Shown here piece by piece: positions 60,296 through 64,000 of a stretch of DNA of 64,000 bases; the first letter of the stretch is position 1; each line of letters starts with the position of its first letter. The position numbers and the translations under genes are program-made. Source of the DNA: Escherichia coli (GTDB lineage Bacteria > Pseudomonadota > Gammaproteobacteria > Enterobacterales > Enterobacteriaceae). A model generated the notes under the pieces. The model was not told the DNA's origin. It did not search any database and saw nothing but the letters and a program-made list of their open reading frames with translations. The stretch is taken from the NCBI RefSeq assembly GCF_013122565.1, contig NZ_CP053258.1. One strand, given 5' to 3'.

Positions 60296-60900
60296 TGGCG
60301 CTGCATGACGAAAACGTCGTCTGGCATAGCCATCCGGTCACTGTGCAACAACGCGAGCTACACCACGGTCATCGTGGTGTAGTGCTGTGGTTTACCGGCC
60401 TCTCTGGGTCCGGTAAATCAACGGTCGCCGGGGCGCTGGAGGAGGCGTTACATAAACTCGGCGTCAGTACGTATCTGCTGGATGGCGACAATGTTCGCCA
60501 CGGATTATGCAGCGATCTCGGTTTTAGCGATGCCGATCGTAAAGAGAATATCCGTCGCGTCGGTGAAGTGGCGAATTTGATGGTTGAAGCCGGACTGGTG
60601 GTGCTGACCGCATTTATCTCGCCACACCGCGCCGAACGCCAGATGGTTCGTGAACGCGTAGGAGAAGGGCGCTTTATCGAAGTGTTTGTCGATACGCCGC
60701 TTGCGATTTGCGAAGCCCGCGATCCAAAAGGCTTATATAAGAAAGCGCGTGCCGGTGAACTGCGCAACTTTACGGGAATAGATTCCGTTTACGAAGCGCC
60801 TGAATCGGCAGAAATTCATCTCAATGGTGAACAATTAGTAACAAATTTGGTACAGCAATTATTAGATCTGTTGAGACAGAACGATATTATCAGATCCTGA
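60295..60900 (+). CDS. cysC: Adenylyl-sulfate kinase
   Basis: 201 aa, P-loop GLSGSGKST. Confidence 0.97.
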
Positions 60901-60949
60901 GACACCACCGGGTTTCCATGCCCGGTTCGTCAAAGTAACAGGATCAAAT

Positions 60950-61273
60950 ATGCGTAATAGCCATAACATTACACTAACAAATAACGACAGCCTTACTGAG
61001 GATGAAGAAACCACATGGTCACTGCCTGGTGCCGTGGTCGGTTTTATCTCCTGGTTATTTGCGCTGGCGATGCCGATGTTGATTTATGGCTCTAACACGC
61101 TGTTCTTCTTTATCTACACCTGGCCTTTCTTTCTGGCGCTGATGCCCGTCGCGGTAGTGGTGGGGATTGCGCTGCATTCATTGATGGACGGAAAGCTACG
61201 ATACAGTATTGTTTTCACCCTGGTGACAGTAGGCATTATGTTTGGCGCACTGTTTATGTGGCTACTGGGCTAA
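60950..61273 (+). CDS. ygbE: DUF3561 inner membrane protein YgbE
   Basis: 107 aa. Synteny. Confidence 0.88.
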   Translation: MRNSHNITLTNNDSLTEDEETTWSLPGAVVGFISWLFALAMPMLIYGSNTLFFFIYTWPFFLALMPVAVVVGIALHSLMDGKLRYSIVFTLVTVGIMFGALFMWLLG

Positions 61274-61466
61274 TTTGTACTTTCCCGTCTCCTCTGTTCA
61301 TAATTCAAACCGTAACTAATAATGAGATTATGTTCTGCACGCCCTGGGTATACGTAACAATGGACAAATGTGGTACATTTGCCCGCGTTGTCGCGGTATC
61401 CCCAACAGAGGATGTAGAGTCGTCTTCGGATGCATGGGATGATGATGCCGTTTTTCAGGGGGCAGG

Positions 61467-61778
61467 ATGGGTAAACTAACGCTGCTGTTGCTGGCTATTC
61501 TGGTCTGGCTACAGTATTCGCTGTGGTTCGGTAAGAACGGTATACATGACTATACCCGCGTCAATGATGATGTGGCGGCACAGCAAGCTACAAACGCGAA
61601 ACTTAAAGCGCGAAACGATCAACTTTTTGCCGAAATTGACGATCTCAATGGCGGCCAGGAGGCGCTCGAAGAGCGTGCGCGTAATGAACTCAGCATGACC
61701 AGGCCGGGCGAAACTTTTTATCGTCTGGTGCCTGACGCGTCGAAGCGCGCACAGTCTGCGGGGCAAAACAATCGATAA
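61467..61778 (+). CDS. ftsB: Cell division protein FtsB
   Basis: 103 aa, TM helix then coiled coil. Confidence 0.95.
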
Positions 61779-61796
61779 ATCAGCCCGGGAATTAAC

Positions 61797-62507
61797 ATGG
61801 CAACCACTCATTTGGATGTTTGCGCCGTGGTTCCGGCGGCCGGATTTGGCCGTCGAATGCAAACGGAATGTCCTAAGCAATATCTCTCAATCGGTAATCA
61901 AACCATTCTTGAACACTCGGTACATGCGCTGCTGGCACATCCCCGGGTGACACGTGTCGTCATTGCCATAAGTCCTGGCGATAGCCGTTTTGCACAACTT
62001 CCTCTGGCGAATCATCCGCAAATCACCGTTGTAGATGGCGGTGATGAGCGTGCCGATTCCGTGCTGGCAGGTCTGAAAGCCGCTGGCGATGCGCAGTGGG
62101 TATTGGTGCATGACGCCGCTCGTCCTTGTCTGCATCAGGATGACCTCGCGCGATTGTTGGCGTTGAGCGAAACCAGCCGCACGGGGGGGATCCTCGCCGC
62201 ACCAGTGCGCGATACTATGAAACGTGCCGAACCGGGCAAAAATGCCATTGCTCATACCGTTGATCGCAACGGCTTATGGCACGCGCTGACGCCGCAATTT
62301 TTCCCTCGTGAGCTGTTACATGACTGTCTGACGCGCGCTCTAAATGAAGGCGCGACTATTACCGACGAAGCCTCGGCGCTGGAATATTGCGGATTCCATC
62401 CTCAGTTGGTCGAAGGCCGTGCGGATAACATTAAAGTCACGCGCCCGGAAGATTTGGCACTGGCCGAGTTTTACCTCACCCGAACCATCCATCAGGAGAA
62501 TACATAA
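61797..62507 (+). CDS. ispD: 2-C-methyl-D-erythritol 4-phosphate cytidylyltransferase
   Basis: 236 aa. Confidence 0.97.
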
Positions 62508-62986
62508 TGCGAATTGGACACGGTTTTGACGTACACGCCTTTGGCGGTGAAGGCCCAATTATCATTGGTGGCGTACGCATTCCTTACGAAAAAGGATTGC
62601 TGGCGCATTCTGATGGCGACGTGGCGCTCCATGCGTTGACCGATGCATTGCTTGGCGCGGCGGCGCTGGGGGATATCGGCAAACTGTTCCCGGATACCGA
62701 TCCGGCATTTAAAGGTGCCGATAGCCGCGAGCTGCTACGCGAAGCCTGGCGTCGTATTCAGGCGAAGGGTTATACCCTTGGCAACGTCGATGTCACTATC
62801 ATCGCTCAGGCACCGAAGATGTTGCCGCACATTCCACAAATGCGCGTGTTTATTGCCGAAGATCTCGGCTGCCATATGGATGATGTTAACGTGAAAGCCA
62901 CTACTACGGAAAAACTTGGATTTACCGGACGTGGGGAAGGGATTGCCTGTGAAGCGGTGGCGCTACTCATTAAGGCAACAAAATGA
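62507..62986 (+). CDS. ispF: 2-C-methyl-D-erythritol 2,4-cyclodiphosphate synthase
   Basis: 159 aa. Confidence 0.97.
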
Positions 62987-64000
62987 TTGAGTTTGATAAT
63001 CTCACTTACCTCCACGGTAAACCGCAAGGCACCGGGCTGCTGAAAGCCAATCCGGAAGACTTTGTGGTGGTGGAAGATTTGGGCTTTGAGCCTGATGGTG
63101 AAGGTGAGCATATTCTGGTTAGAATCCTCAAAAACGGCTGCAATACCCGTTTTGTGGCGGATGCACTGGCGAAATTCCTGAAAATTCATTCCCGTGAAGT
63201 CAGCTTCGCTGGGCAAAAAGACAAACATGCTGTTACGGAACAGTGGTTATGCGCTCGCGTGCCGGGCAAAGAGATGCCCGATCTGAGTGCCTTTCAACTG
63301 GAAGGCTGCCAGGTGCTGGAGTATGCGCGGCACAAGCGTAAGTTGCGTTTAGGTGCACTAAAAGGTAATGCCTTCACTCTGGTGCTGCGCGATGTAAGCA
63401 ACCGTGACGATGTTGAACAACGTCTCATCGATATTTGCGTAAAAGGTGTACCGAACTACTTCGGTGCCCAACGTTTTGGGATTGGCGGTAGCAACTTGCA
63501 GGGTGCGCTGCGCTGGGCGCAAACCAATACTCCGGTGCGCGATCGCAATAAACGGAGTTTTTGGTTGTCGGCAGCCCGCAGTGCGTTGTTTAATCAGATT
63601 GTTGCTGAGCGCCTCAAAAAAGCAGACGTTAATCAAGTTGTTGACGGCGATGCGCTACAATTAGCCGGACGTGGTAGCTGGTTTGTCGCAACCACCGAAG
63701 AACTGGCGGAATTACAGCGTCGCGTCAACGATAAAGAGTTGATGATAACCGCCGCATTGCCGGGCAGTGGCGAATGGGGAACTCAGCGTGAAGCGCTGGC
63801 ATTCGAACAAGCAGCTGTCGCCGCAGAAACTGAATTACAAGCCTTACTGGTGCGCGAAAAAGTTGAAGCCGCGCGCAGAGCGATGCTGCTGTATCCGCAA
63901 CAATTAAGCTGGAACTGGTGGGATGACGTCACCGTAGAAATCCGTTTCTGGCTTCCGGCGGGTAGTTTTGCAACCAGCGTTGTCAGGGAACTTATCAACA
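62983..64000 (+). CDS. truD: tRNA pseudouridine(13) synthase TruD, C-terminally truncated by window edge
   Basis: ATG overlaps the ispF stop (ATGA). Frame is open to the window end. N-terminus [43 protein letters not shown]. Not in the ORF track because it has no stop in the window. Confidence 0.9.

Overview
This window is an Escherichia coli-type chromosomal segment, syntenic with the K-12 truD-to-mltA region in reverse orientation. Gene identities are recognised from the translated ORFs by memory of K-12 proteins; no database search was run. Order: [accessory sugar cluster] - tRNA-fMet - mltA - tcdA - csdE - csdA - ygdI - gcvB - gcvA - ygdD - rlmM - fucRUKIP / fucAO - xni - sdaB - sdaC - ppnN - queF - syd - csrB - yqcC - truC - yqcA - gudPXD - barA - rlmD - relA - mazG - pyrG - eno - ygcG - queE - CRISPR2 mini-array - queD - cysJIH - hok-like toxin - cas3 stump - 37-spacer CRISPR array - iap - cysDNC - ygbE - ftsB - ispDF - truD (partial). 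Most of the window is ordinary core genome. The accessory content is: (1) an orphan type I-E CRISPR array fused directly to a truncated cas3, with all other cas genes and the leader missing; (2) a second small cas-less array with an AT-rich leader; (3) a Hok-family type I toxin ORF, too short for the ORF track, between cysH and the cas3 stump; (4) a MalX/MalY-like PTS + C-S lyase + single-SIS-domain isomerase + 2-hydroxyacid dehydrogenase cluster ending at a single initiator tRNA-Met; (5) no mazEF between relA and mazG; (6) an AT-rich block with an orphan 87-aa ORF where K-12 carries ygcE..ygcN. Two sRNAs (gcvB, csrB) absent from the ORF track are also placed. I see no convincing wholly undescribed multi-gene system; the best candidates for follow-up are the orphan CRISPR/cas3/hok locus and the tRNA-linked sugar cluster. 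Intergenic coordinates were anchored to ORF-track coordinates and may be off by 1-2 nt.
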